64,000 bases of DNA from a virus. Its lineage: Duplodnaviria > Caudoviricetes. The notes beneath the pieces are model-generated. The model was given only the letters and a program-made list of their open reading frames with translations, made no database searches and was not told where the DNA came from. The position numbers and the translations under genes are program-made. Shown here piece after piece: positions 44,956-55,311 of this stretch. How positions within the stretch are numbered: the stretch's first letter is position 1; each line of letters starts with the position of its first letter. Location of the stretch: IMG/VR virus record IMGVR_UViG_3300010882_000013, positions 1,164 to 65,163 of that record; one strand, given 5' to 3'.

Positions 44956-46239
44956 TTATACCTTTGTGTCCAACCCTAACGAAGCACCACGACGCTCACG
45001 AAGATTAAGCGTTCCACGAACTTGGCGAATATCGTTATCGTAGGAATCTCGAACTTTACCAAGTAAACGTGCCTTAGTAGCTTCATCCACAACCCTCCGC
45101 CTACCAGTAGGAGATGTAAGATCACTAATCTCTATAGTTGGAGGATGAGCTTCTATCCATGATGATTGATTATCACGTATCTCGCCACGAGTATCCATAT
45201 ACTCACGTAATATCCCACCAAGTACAGTATCACGTCTATTCGCAGATATATCAGATATATATTGTGCAGCCTTATCCAGAAAGTTAGAAGACTGCTGTCC
45301 TACTCCACCTGCACCGGACATCGTACTTAATAAACCCGCAACAATATTTCCAATAATTAACTTTGTTTCAGCACTCTTTGATCGCTTATTAACAAAATCT
45401 AACGCATCCTTAATTTGGCTACGTGACGTTGGAAATCCTTCTGGTGTAGCCGGAGGTGTAGCCGGAGGTGTAGCCGAAGGTGTAGCCGAAGGTGTAGCCG
45501 AAGGTGTAGCCGGAGATGTAGCCGGAGATGTAGCCGGAGATGTAGCCGGAGGTGTAGCCATAATGTCAGGAGCAGAACCTAATAATGGCTCCGCCAAACG
45601 CTCCTCTATAGGCTTATGAGTTACTGACTTACGTGCTGCCTCGGATACTGACTTCTTAGTGTCCTCTCCAGTAACCTCTGATAATATATCACGCTCTTTC
45701 TCGCTTATACCTTTACCTTCTTTTGACGCTTTCGCTCTGTCAACAGCCTCACGCAACTTCTTAGCCTGACCAGTAAGCTCTTTCTCAACCGTCTCTGCCT
45801 TCTTAACTTTAGCCGGAGCTTTCCCTTTTTTAGACGCAATAATTTGCATTGCTAATGAGTCATCCTTCGTATCAGAAAGCTTATCAGTATTCTTATTTTG
45901 TTGATCTACATCTTTATGTACTTGCTGTAGTATCTGTTCATCTCTTTTACGAACAGTACCTTTAGTAGTAGGATGAATATTTCGTTTTTGCCCAACGCAA
46001 GAGACATCATCACCACTAGCTGATAACCCTGCCGCCTGAGCACGAAGTTGAGTCAATGCCTCTAATCCTTTTTGGAAATCCTCATCACTACTATTATTAT
46101 CAAGTAGCTGTAAAGATCGCAACAAATCTTCTACTCCGATTTCAGATTGCCCACCTTGTACACTTCCACCCTTGGTAACCCGACTACCAACATCTTGAGT
46201 TAGCTTAGCTATAGCAGCAATTTCTTGTGGAGAAGGCAT
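44956..46239 (-). CDS. internal virion/ejection-like protein with an AT(P/S)(P/S) repeat
   Basis: Lys/Glu-rich helices; Pro/Thr linker. Confidence 0.55.
   Translation of the reverse strand: MPSPQEIAAIAKLTQDVGSRVTKGGSVQGGQSEIGVEDLLRSLQLLDNNSSDEDFQKGLEALTQLRAQAAGLSASGDDVSCVGQKRNIHPTTKGTVRKRDEQILQQVHKDVDQQNKNTDKLSDTKDDSLAMQIIASKKGKAPAKVKKAETVEKELTGQAKKLREAVDRAKASKEGKGISEKERDILSEVTGEDTKKSVSEAARKSVTHKPIEERLAEPLLGSAPDIMATPPATSPATSPATSPATPSATPSATPSATPPATPPATPEGFPTSRSQIKDALDFVNKRSKSAETKLIIGNIVAGLLSTMSGAGGVGQQSSNFLDKAAQYISDISANRRDTVLGGILREYMDTRGEIRDNQSSWIEAHPPTIEISDLTSPTGRRRVVDEATKARLLGKVRDSYDNDIRQVRGTLNLRERRGASLGLDTKV
45443..45559 (+). repeat. 12-nt tandem repeat G(G/A)TGTAGCCG(G/A)A, about 10 units
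   Basis: read directly; encodes ATPP/ATSP/ATPS on the minus strand. Confidence 0.95.
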
Positions 46240-48059
46240 TACGCAAAACTCCTTATCATATCACGCTGAACTCCCTGTATAACTTTAAGATCAAAATCAC
46301 TCAATACAGGTTTAATATTCTCTTTAATACGAACATCAGATCCAGTAATAGGAGCCATACCTAACTTAGCACGGGCACTGTTAATATCTCCAAGATTAAG
46401 AGGATATGGTACACCGTCAGCACGAATAATCCAGTCTCCTACTTTTGCATTAGCCACAGCAGTATTCGTATTATCAACCTTTTTTGGCTGGCTACTCTGC
46501 TGTGCAGTTATCTGTTGTTGAACTTGTGATGGAACATGAGGATTAGATGCCGTCTGAGCTATAGTATTTACTGGATTCTGACTCTTGATCTGCTGCTGTA
46601 CAGAGGATGGAACATTAGGATTATTAGCAGTTTGCTGTATCGCCGCAGCAGATCGATTAGCATTAGCTTGTGCATTTTGAGCACCTTGATTGACTGCCTG
46701 TGTCGTACTCGTTGATCCAGCAGCACTAGCCCCACCTTGACGAGCCATCTCTGCTTTAGCTTGAGCTAACATATTAGCATCAACAGCTGCTTTAACTCCC
46801 TTACTATTAACAAACCAATCACCTACATTCGCTGTAGCTATAGTTGACCATTTACCATCAGCTAATCTCTTACCAGTAGCACCGGAAGGTGGAGTATTAT
46901 CAGTCGCTTGTTGCGTCCCACCACCAGTCGGAGCGTTAGGATTATCTGTATTACCTAATGGCCTATCACCACCAAGATTGAAATGAGCATCTTGTGGCTT
47001 ACCTCCATCAAGCCAATCCTGAAATGAAATCTTATTACGAAATTGAGGAAACTTATTAAGCCAACCTTGATAATCTAATTTATCACGGGTCTCTTGTTGA
47101 GATGCCTGTTGAGCTTTCTGCATAAGCTGACTTTGTTCACGATTATGTTGCAACATACGAATATAATCATTCTGTGCAGCTAAACGCTCCTTCTCCTCTG
47201 CTGCTTGACCACCCTGCAACTGAAATGCTTGTTGCTGCCATTGCGGAACTAACTGCTGCATCTCAAGTTGACGCTGTAAAGCCAATTGCTGACTAGGCTG
47301 CTGTGCTTGAGCACGCGCTTGCTCAGCCGCTTGAGCACCCGCCAACGCCGCTGCTCCAGCTCCCGCAGCACCACCTAACTGTTGGCGTGCCTGTAAGCCA
47401 GCCGCTGTACCAGCTTGTTCAACAAGACCTGCGGTGACTGCCGCAGGAGAACGTGCAGCCTGCGCTGCCATCTGATCAGCTAAAGACTGTTGCTGTGCTG
47501 CCTGTTGCGCTAATTGAGACTCATGTTGTATAAATGCTTGGTTTGTAGGTGCCTGACCGTATCCAGCAGCACTTTGTAATATATCTCCTGCTACCTGTTG
47601 TCCTACCTGCTGTAAATCAGGAGTAAGACTCGGCTGCGCGGCACTTATGCCATCTTGTAATTTCTGTTGACCAAACGTACCTGATGATATATCAGATGGA
47701 GGTCTATTAACTGTTAAAGGAGGAGACGTAGGAGTAGGAACCTGCCCTATATTCATTGCAGATTGTGGAACCTGTGGAGGAGCAGCTAAAATACCTGCTG
47801 CTGCATTACTCGCTGGACTTACAGGAGGTGGGTTAATAATATGAGTAGGAGCCATTGGAGTAGGGTTAGTCATCCCCGGCCCAAGTATAGAAGACGGTTG
47901 TTGAACGTTAGGTGTTAGAGCAAACAGCTGCCCGCTCAGATTAATACCATAACCAAGAGAAGACAACGCCTGACTTACGGATGCCTGTTGATTAGGCAAC
48001 ACGCTAGACCATTGTTGAGTTCCATTAATTATAGCTCGTGCAATATCTATAGGATTCAT
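46239..48059 (-). CDS. Gln/Ala-rich ejection/pilot-like protein ending in an S74 start motif
   Basis: AQQ-rich helices; C-terminal GSDVRIKENI. Confidence 0.6.
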   Translation of the reverse strand: MNPIDIARAIINGTQQWSSVLPNQQASVSQALSSLGYGINLSGQLFALTPNVQQPSSILGPGMTNPTPMAPTHIINPPPVSPASNAAAGILAAPPQVPQSAMNIGQVPTPTSPPLTVNRPPSDISSGTFGQQKLQDGISAAQPSLTPDLQQVGQQVAGDILQSAAGYGQAPTNQAFIQHESQLAQQAAQQQSLADQMAAQAARSPAAVTAGLVEQAGTAAGLQARQQLGGAAGAGAAALAGAQAAEQARAQAQQPSQQLALQRQLEMQQLVPQWQQQAFQLQGGQAAEEKERLAAQNDYIRMLQHNREQSQLMQKAQQASQQETRDKLDYQGWLNKFPQFRNKISFQDWLDGGKPQDAHFNLGGDRPLGNTDNPNAPTGGGTQQATDNTPPSGATGKRLADGKWSTIATANVGDWFVNSKGVKAAVDANMLAQAKAEMARQGGASAAGSTSTTQAVNQGAQNAQANANRSAAAIQQTANNPNVPSSVQQQIKSQNPVNTIAQTASNPHVPSQVQQQITAQQSSQPKKVDNTNTAVANAKVGDWIIRADGVPYPLNLGDINSARAKLGMAPITGSDVRIKENIKPVLSDFDLKVIQGVQRDMIRSFA

Positions 48060-48113
48060 TCAACCGCTCCAAGTTTATCATATCATAAATTAACACGCCG
48101 ATCAATCACAAAC

Positions 48114-48395
48114 TTATGGAAGCAAAAATGGAGGATACGGAACGATGCTCTTAGCATGGCCCAAAAGATTCTCCAGTTCCAAATCATGCCTACGTGAGTG
48201 CGGCTGATCTACAACGGTTCGTGTACCTTTTTTAACCGATAAATCCACTACTGGATCATCCTCATTAAACATTGTAGCTGAATTGCTTCTTGACGCCGCC
48301 TGTGAACTAGTCATTATCCAATCCTCAATACGGGATATATTCTGATTGATCAAGTCAATCATCTGTGGATCTACTCCACTTGCATCAAATCTCAT
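48114..48395 (-). CDS. hypothetical virion protein
   Basis: TAATG coupling to the large tail gene. Confidence 0.55.
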   Translation of the reverse strand: MRFDASGVDPQMIDLINQNISRIEDWIMTSSQAASRSNSATMFNEDDPVVDLSVKKGTRTVVDQPHSRRHDLELENLLGHAKSIVPYPPFLLP

Positions 48396-51300
48396 TACAT
48401 CTCCAATCTATCTGCAACATCAGGTCGAGTAATAAGAGGTGCAGTCTTCGCAGCACTAATTACAGAAGTGTGTAGTTTAATCTGCCTGATAGATACTATA
48501 CCATCCGACCAAATATATAATTTTTCACTACTGCCTGCACCATTACGTCCATTAAACCTAAAGTTATAATATCCACTTGTGCCTTCTTTCCGTGTAAAAG
48601 AATCTTCTTTCAGATAGAGATGAGTAACTTCACTTCGTTTTATTCCTCCAACTGTCTGCATCTCTGATGCAAAATTTACAACTACATATCTATCCTGCAA
48701 AATTTTCTTCATTAGTTCAGTTAGAGCAAAACTTATTTCCCATTCAAATTGACACTCGTTATTTTCATCTACGCCTAAGAAAGATGTTGCAAGTTTGAAT
48801 GGCTCTATAAAATAACCCTCAATAGGATTAATACGTTGATCCGTATAATCATACTGACGCTCTAACCAAAAATCATCAATACTCTGTGCCTCTGGTTTAA
48901 GCCAGTGCCAGAAATGATTTATATCATTAGTAGTACGCGCATTAAACACTATGCCATCTGTATCACGTAACATATTATCTTGAAGTACGAATCGATTTAT
49001 TTGACCACGCCTTGGCCCCTGTAAAGCAAGGCCACTCGATAGTCCGTAATATTTGAAGTTATCTGGAGTATCTTTAGACCATGTAACATTTTCATTAGGA
49101 TGGTATATCTGTCCTAAGAACGATCTATCTACACGGACTAGGGACAGACCATGTTCCATCATAGTTCGGAACGCCACTTCCTGTGAGACAAAATCCCATG
49201 TACCGTCTTCTACATCTTTGAAACGATACGCCGTACTTACTCGTTCCAATGTATCAGATCCAGTAAACATACAGAACATATGTAGAGTAGGAGAATAGAA
49301 CCAAGCAACCTTTGGGGTTGAGCCAAGATATGTTAATCCTAATGTAGCAACAACATCCTGTACAGCAATCGCGCCTAACGCTGGATTAAGCCTCGATATA
49401 TATTCATCGTTTGCGCGATATAGCTGTCCATATATCATAAAGTCATGCGCTATCGGCTTTTTATTCTTACTGTTCGTAGTACGTAGATCAGAAGTAAGTG
49501 ATGTAATACCTTCAATAACAAATGCTTTATACGAGGCAATCATTTGAACAGCAGCAGGAAGCAATGCTATATTATTATGAACGATAGGTATAGAGTATCT
49601 ATATCCATTTAAGTTTTCAGATGATACACCGAGATTACCAAGAAACTTTGCATTAATTTCAACCTGATGTAAATAAGGATCAAACTCCGGTACTTGTGCA
49701 AACTTCCCAAAATAAGAAGTCGGAGGTGGAAGAGCGGCTGTCTTAAATGAATCCTGTTTTACATGACTATATAATGAGTTTTGAACCTCTGCATCTAATC
49801 CCACCTCTCCTGTTAAACGAGCAATACGATTAGTATATCCGTCAAACCCATGATATGTTGTGAGCTTTTTAATCGTATTATATCCAGTAAGATTGAATAA
49901 AACAGTATCACCAGAGAATACTCTCGGAAATAATGTATCATCTGTTATATCATTTCTAACTTCAACACAAGCATACGAACAAGCCACAAGAGGAAGATTC
50001 GCATTTATAACAATATTACTCGGAGCTCCATCAATCAGCAAAGTATCACGTACACTCACACCAATAATCTCTCCGGCAATAGCTGAAAAAAACAATTCCG
50101 CAGATGGATATACACAGAAATCAAACATACCCGGCTCAGAAAACACTGGATACCCAGAGTCCACTTTAATAGGAATATCCAATACATCATCAGTATCATA
50201 GAAACTATCAACACCCTGAACTAAGCTACAGTTATCATAAAAACTAGAACTCTTAGTCATATGTGCATATTTTAATAATCTACGCTCATAACTTTTCGTC
50301 ATTGAATATGTACTGTCTCTATATAGCTCAATCGTTTCAGGGATCAGTACAGGAGTTAATAACGTCTGATTAATCGTATGAGAATGAACTTCCTGCGTTG
50401 GGTATGAATACACAAGATGCTTTGATCCTATATTAACATTCGGCTGAAATTCCATCTTTATATCGTACGAATTAACACCAGAATACGGCTGAACACCAAC
50501 AAGGCCAGTATTATTTAAGTCTAATGGGCCAACGAAAGGTATTGGCAGAGGAGGTATTCTGATACCTAACATTGACCCACCGCCTTGAGCAGCATGTGAA
50601 TTACTATAACTTCCAGAGATACGAGCTCCTTGCACAAACTGAATCTGTACAAACCCCGGCCCTGCAAATACATTCTGATTTGCTGATACACTATATATTC
50701 CAGACATACCTAATCTACATTTAGCTACGGCTATCGCTGTAGGCTGACTAGATATACCAGAGTTAAAAGCGTTAATCGCAGCAACTAGTCCAGAAGAAAC
50801 CTTGTCCTTATAATATTTCTTGTCACCAAACACAGGCTTCCCCAACTTACGAGCATCTTCAAAATCTGCGTCTGTTTTCTGTGGCTCATCCCATACACGT
50901 TTAGCATTAGACTTCCACGCATTGTTCCTACGTTCCTGTGCCTGTGCGTCTGTCTCACCATCTCGTGTTCCACCAAACGCATCTTTAAGATCCTGTTTAG
51001 ATGTCTCATTAATAAGACGATCTACCACATTATGTACTTTATCAGCAGCTACACTCGCTGTAGTAGCAACTGCTGACATAAGAGCTAGTGCTACACGGAA
51101 TAGAGTATTGTTTATAGCTCCAGCACTAACTGAAATAGACTGATCATCAGAATAAAAATCCTCATCTTCTGTCAGTGCATTTACAGACCAATAATTCATA
51201 GCGATTGCAGATGACGCACGAGCCCAGACCCATGCAGTAGCAAGGAATATAATCAACGGATTAGGAAATACAAAATCCCCTTTAACGGCTAAGTCAATAC

Positions 51301-54300
51301 TCGTTGCTGCTTTGGACTCACTCACATTAGATCGACTAAACGTCAACGGTAAATTATTCAATCTAAATTTATTATTTCCTAAATACTTCGCATTTACACA
51401 AACACCACCAGCAAAAATATCATCCAAGAAACATAGACTTTGACCAGATATAAATGCTTGCCTCTTTGAACTTAGCGCCGCTGTAGTATCTGGTTTACTC
51501 CGTACAGGAACACGATTACCAGATTGAGTGTTCATTGCATATGCTGGAACGGCTCCACCAGTAACTGTACCATCAATTCCAACACAACCATATCCATTAA
51601 ATATTGAATAATTATTATTAGTAGATGGATTAATAGTAATCGTCCATTGATGTATACCTTTGTCAAATTGCATACCAACAAGGAGGCTTCCCTGAACATA
51701 CGATGCAGATAGTCTAATGTTATTTACAAAAAATGAAGGAGTAGGGGGTTGATTCACAAATGCCAGTGTACGTGTTGAAAATCCAGTATCCCCTAGATTT
51801 GAAAAATTTATATTACAATAACCCCATGATGGATTCCCACCGCCTGCTTTCTCAAATTGAAGATCCGTAATCCGTGTAAGTACAAAATAAATAACAATAC
51901 CTGTCGCAGTCGGCTGAACTCTATACATATATGGTCGCTCTTCAACTGCACACGATACACCATATTTATATCCATCTGACCTGTCACCAAAGATTAATAC
52001 CGGATAATCATCCGTCATATAGCCACGAGGTCTAGTCGCTATAGCAGACCAATAACCGCCATCCTTCGGAGATCTAGCACCAAGTTCTTCACGTTCAAGT
52101 AGTATCAAGCTATCAGTTGTAAGCTGTAAAATATGTTCGCTATCTATATACCAAAATGTTTCTGTAGAGGCATCAGCTTCAAATTGTGTAGTTAATATAG
52201 CATAGTCATCTTTAGGAGAGGCAAGCTGTAAATCTTTGGCTGTTCCAGTTCGTAGGTCATATGCAGTACATCCAATATAAGCTTCACCATCAAAATCCAC
52301 AGATATATCCGTTCTATGAATTTTATCATCATCTCGTGGGATATACTCAAAATCTACACTAATCTTATCAGTATCAACAGTATGATCAATATATGTAATA
52401 TTCGGATCATCACGTTTATATATTCCTTTAGGAAGAAACGTTACAATGCCTTTATCAGAGTCCCTAAATAAAAACCTATTCACACTACCATTTATTGACA
52501 TATTGAAAGAATTAGATGCATATAAATCATCAAGTTGACGCTGTAATTGTTCACTTAATACATCATCTTGATTTATCTCGGCAAGAGCAATTTGATCAAG
52601 AAGAACTTGCTCATCGCTATTTCCTTCACCAACTTGACGTATATAATCAGTAACAGCTCCTACCTCGATTTCATCGCTCACTTGATTAAATATATAAGAT
52701 CCATTATCCCAATGAATTATAAATTGATCTGATCTATTATCTTGAAATACCAGATCCATCACTGTAGCAAGCCCCGATGCAGATATAAGATTATAATATT
52801 GAACCATATTCGTCATATTAAGATCAGAAATCCATGTTGGTTGCGCTAACATAAACAATCTACGTATTTTAATAGTCCTAATCGTATCATCAGACAAACC
52901 TTGTAGACGGTATTTTCCAGCCTGATCAAATACTGGCTCTACAATAGCACCCCATCTATTAGATCCATCAACTGTACTAGGAATGAATGTTCCAGACATA
53001 TTAAAAATACTCTCTGGATATGACGTAGAAGGAGTCTCATTAACTGGATCACTCCCAATCCGTAGTGGTGAATATCGAGGAACAGGAACAACTCCAATAT
53101 ACTCATGTATACTAGGTAAATCAACTGTATATCGTAAGCGTAAAACTTCTGTATCATCAAGACCTTGATATTCTACTGTAATATTTTGACGATTAGTGTT
53201 ACTCTTATTATACACAGTAGGAAGACTTACTCCATCAGCTTCTAACAAAGTATCCGTAAAGTCCCAATCATCTACAGATAAAGACGCTTTAATTATTTCA
53301 TCACCCTGTATCATGCTAAGAATATTTTTACCAGTCGCAGCCCATGTAACATTTTTAATATACTTTGTCTTAATAGCAGCGAATGAAAATACAATCCCAT
53401 ACTCGGCACTTCTACTAGATTGCTTAACCTGTAATAAATCTACTTTAATTGTTCCACTCATATTATCATCATTCATGACAATACTATTACGAACCGTCAA
53501 TGGGAATCCATCATCAGTCTCCAATGGAATTGCTGACCAATCACCCGACTCTGGATTATTACATACAACCAAAACATTCTGTGTAGTGTCTTGTTGAATA
53601 GTCTCAAAAGATGACTGATTCCATGTAACCGTGGCTGTAAAATTGCCTAGTAATTGAATTCGTGTAACCTGCAAAAACTGAGCGTTTAGCTGAACAACAA
53701 ATGCATTAATCTTTTGCATTAAATCACTATCACTCGTACCAGAAAAATTTGCTTGCTGACTAATTATTACAGGAACATTACTTGTTGTCATTCCAGCCTT
53801 TAGAGTAAATGTAAATCCTACATACCCTCCAACAGATACATCTGGCTGTATCTCCCCTAACCAATAATTAGGAGTTATTGACTCCGGCCTACCAGATGTA
53901 CCATGTGTTAAATTAACTTCAGTAACGATCAGTCTATTCTCATCAATATTAATACTACGTAATGCCTCTGTAACAGAAATAGTATAAATTGACAACATAG
54001 AATTATTCGTAGGACTAGATATAACACTTCCTTCCGCAACAGCAATAACCGCCTCTCCACACTCTACCAATATATCACTCATACCAGCTAACGCTGGCAT
54101 AGGACGATTTGGATCAGGATAAATAGTAGCAGTATTTTGAACATTGAATTGATCATACTCATTAACTGTATCAGGATAAAAAACAGCATGACCATCATGT
54201 ACTAATGTTAAATTAAGATCATCTCCAATATCACCTTGACTAAATGAATGATCATCATGTATATTAAAAAACCGCTTTGGACTATTACCAAAGCCAAAAG

Positions 54301-55150
54301 TTGTTATACCATTATCTTTAACTAGCTTAGTAATGCTCAAATCATTAGCAACATTACTCTCTACCACTAATGGAAATACAACAACAAGATTATTTTGATC
54401 ATGTATTTTTCTTACTATAGAAGCAGCTATAGTATCTCTCCCAAATGTCATAAATGCTTCATAATCATTCGGTATAAAAGAGAGCCACTCCGTATCTTCC
54501 AAAAAAATAGGTGCATTGTCTGATCGTTCATCTGGTAAATCCATTAAACGCTTATATGGATCTGCTAACAGTCTAAAATCATAACCATATTTATATGTTT
54601 TACCTGTAATAATGTATCTTGGATCACGGAGTTCACCAATATCCAAAAAAGGATCAAGCCATAGATTTAACTTAATGTATGCAACAATATCATCACCATC
54701 TGCTATACGCTGTAACTGTAACTGTATACCTTTGGATTCATTCTGAACTACATCACCAAATCCAACAGTGAATCCTAAATTTTTAAGATGCGTAGTCCAT
54801 GGAAACTGTAAATCCAACGCATATCGTATATCTTCATAAAAATAAAAGTTCCTCATTACCTGTGGAAACTTAATATTATACACTTCTTCAAGAGGTACTA
54901 ACTCATTTGCAGGATCAAGCTCATTAATATCAAATGTTATAAGATGATTATATAGCATCCGATAATAATACCGGAACCAATCTGCAAAAATACCATCACC
55001 TTCATACTTTATAGCATTAGATAAAAACCCACTCACCGGAGATTGAGGGTTATGAGAGAATGTAGGTTGTTGTACATTAACTATAGCTTCCTCAAGAGAA
55101 GGCTCAAGAGGAGATGTAATAGGTATCTCGAATACTTGCTCTTTATCCAT
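48395..55150 (-). CDS. very large tail/virion structural protein (about 2250 aa; likely ATG start at 55150)
   Basis: long beta-rich ORF after the portal; TAATG overlap at 55150; no diagnostic motif. Confidence 0.7.
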   Translation of the reverse strand: MDKEQVFEIPITSPLEPSLEEAIVNVQQPTFSHNPQSPVSGFLSNAIKYEGDGIFADWFRYYYRMLYNHLITFDINELDPANELVPLEEVYNIKFPQVMRNFYFYEDIRYALDLQFPWTTHLKNLGFTVGFGDVVQNESKGIQLQLQRIADGDDIVAYIKLNLWLDPFLDIGELRDPRYIITGKTYKYGYDFRLLADPYKRLMDLPDERSDNAPIFLEDTEWLSFIPNDYEAFMTFGRDTIAASIVRKIHDQNNLVVVFPLVVESNVANDLSITKLVKDNGITTFGFGNSPKRFFNIHDDHSFSQGDIGDDLNLTLVHDGHAVFYPDTVNEYDQFNVQNTATIYPDPNRPMPALAGMSDILVECGEAVIAVAEGSVISSPTNNSMLSIYTISVTEALRSINIDENRLIVTEVNLTHGTSGRPESITPNYWLGEIQPDVSVGGYVGFTFTLKAGMTTSNVPVIISQQANFSGTSDSDLMQKINAFVVQLNAQFLQVTRIQLLGNFTATVTWNQSSFETIQQDTTQNVLVVCNNPESGDWSAIPLETDDGFPLTVRNSIVMNDDNMSGTIKVDLLQVKQSSRSAEYGIVFSFAAIKTKYIKNVTWAATGKNILSMIQGDEIIKASLSVDDWDFTDTLLEADGVSLPTVYNKSNTNRQNITVEYQGLDDTEVLRLRYTVDLPSIHEYIGVVPVPRYSPLRIGSDPVNETPSTSYPESIFNMSGTFIPSTVDGSNRWGAIVEPVFDQAGKYRLQGLSDDTIRTIKIRRLFMLAQPTWISDLNMTNMVQYYNLISASGLATVMDLVFQDNRSDQFIIHWDNGSYIFNQVSDEIEVGAVTDYIRQVGEGNSDEQVLLDQIALAEINQDDVLSEQLQRQLDDLYASNSFNMSINGSVNRFLFRDSDKGIVTFLPKGIYKRDDPNITYIDHTVDTDKISVDFEYIPRDDDKIHRTDISVDFDGEAYIGCTAYDLRTGTAKDLQLASPKDDYAILTTQFEADASTETFWYIDSEHILQLTTDSLILLEREELGARSPKDGGYWSAIATRPRGYMTDDYPVLIFGDRSDGYKYGVSCAVEERPYMYRVQPTATGIVIYFVLTRITDLQFEKAGGGNPSWGYCNINFSNLGDTGFSTRTLAFVNQPPTPSFFVNNIRLSASYVQGSLLVGMQFDKGIHQWTITINPSTNNNYSIFNGYGCVGIDGTVTGGAVPAYAMNTQSGNRVPVRSKPDTTAALSSKRQAFISGQSLCFLDDIFAGGVCVNAKYLGNNKFRLNNLPLTFSRSNVSESKAATSIDLAVKGDFVFPNPLIIFLATAWVWARASSAIAMNYWSVNALTEDEDFYSDDQSISVSAGAINNTLFRVALALMSAVATTASVAADKVHNVVDRLINETSKQDLKDAFGGTRDGETDAQAQERRNNAWKSNAKRVWDEPQKTDADFEDARKLGKPVFGDKKYYKDKVSSGLVAAINAFNSGISSQPTAIAVAKCRLGMSGIYSVSANQNVFAGPGFVQIQFVQGARISGSYSNSHAAQGGGSMLGIRIPPLPIPFVGPLDLNNTGLVGVQPYSGVNSYDIKMEFQPNVNIGSKHLVYSYPTQEVHSHTINQTLLTPVLIPETIELYRDSTYSMTKSYERRLLKYAHMTKSSSFYDNCSLVQGVDSFYDTDDVLDIPIKVDSGYPVFSEPGMFDFCVYPSAELFFSAIAGEIIGVSVRDTLLIDGAPSNIVINANLPLVACSYACVEVRNDITDDTLFPRVFSGDTVLFNLTGYNTIKKLTTYHGFDGYTNRIARLTGEVGLDAEVQNSLYSHVKQDSFKTAALPPPTSYFGKFAQVPEFDPYLHQVEINAKFLGNLGVSSENLNGYRYSIPIVHNNIALLPAAVQMIASYKAFVIEGITSLTSDLRTTNSKNKKPIAHDFMIYGQLYRANDEYISRLNPALGAIAVQDVVATLGLTYLGSTPKVAWFYSPTLHMFCMFTGSDTLERVSTAYRFKDVEDGTWDFVSQEVAFRTMMEHGLSLVRVDRSFLGQIYHPNENVTWSKDTPDNFKYYGLSSGLALQGPRRGQINRFVLQDNMLRDTDGIVFNARTTNDINHFWHWLKPEAQSIDDFWLERQYDYTDQRINPIEGYFIEPFKLATSFLGVDENNECQFEWEISFALTELMKKILQDRYVVVNFASEMQTVGGIKRSEVTHLYLKEDSFTRKEGTSGYYNFRFNGRNGAGSSEKLYIWSDGIVSIRQIKLHTSVISAAKTAPLITRPDVADRLEM

Positions 55151-55311
55151 TACCGCCCGCCCCACACCTGTTCAGCAAAATCTATATCACCAGACTTCAT
55201 TTCTTCACACGGACACAAAAGCCCATCAACAGCAGAACATTCCCTTGCATAACGACAATGCTTAAAAGGATCTTTATACTGTGTAAGCCATCTAATAAAC
55301 TTTTTAATCAT
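55150..55311 (-). CDS. 53-aa Cys-containing protein absent from the ORF track
   Basis: MIKKFIRWLTQYKDPFKHCRYARECSAVDGLLCPCEE...; ATGA and TAATG overlaps on either side. Confidence 0.55.
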   Translation of the reverse strand: MIKKFIRWLTQYKDPFKHCRYARECSAVDGLLCPCEEMKSGDIDFAEQVWGGR

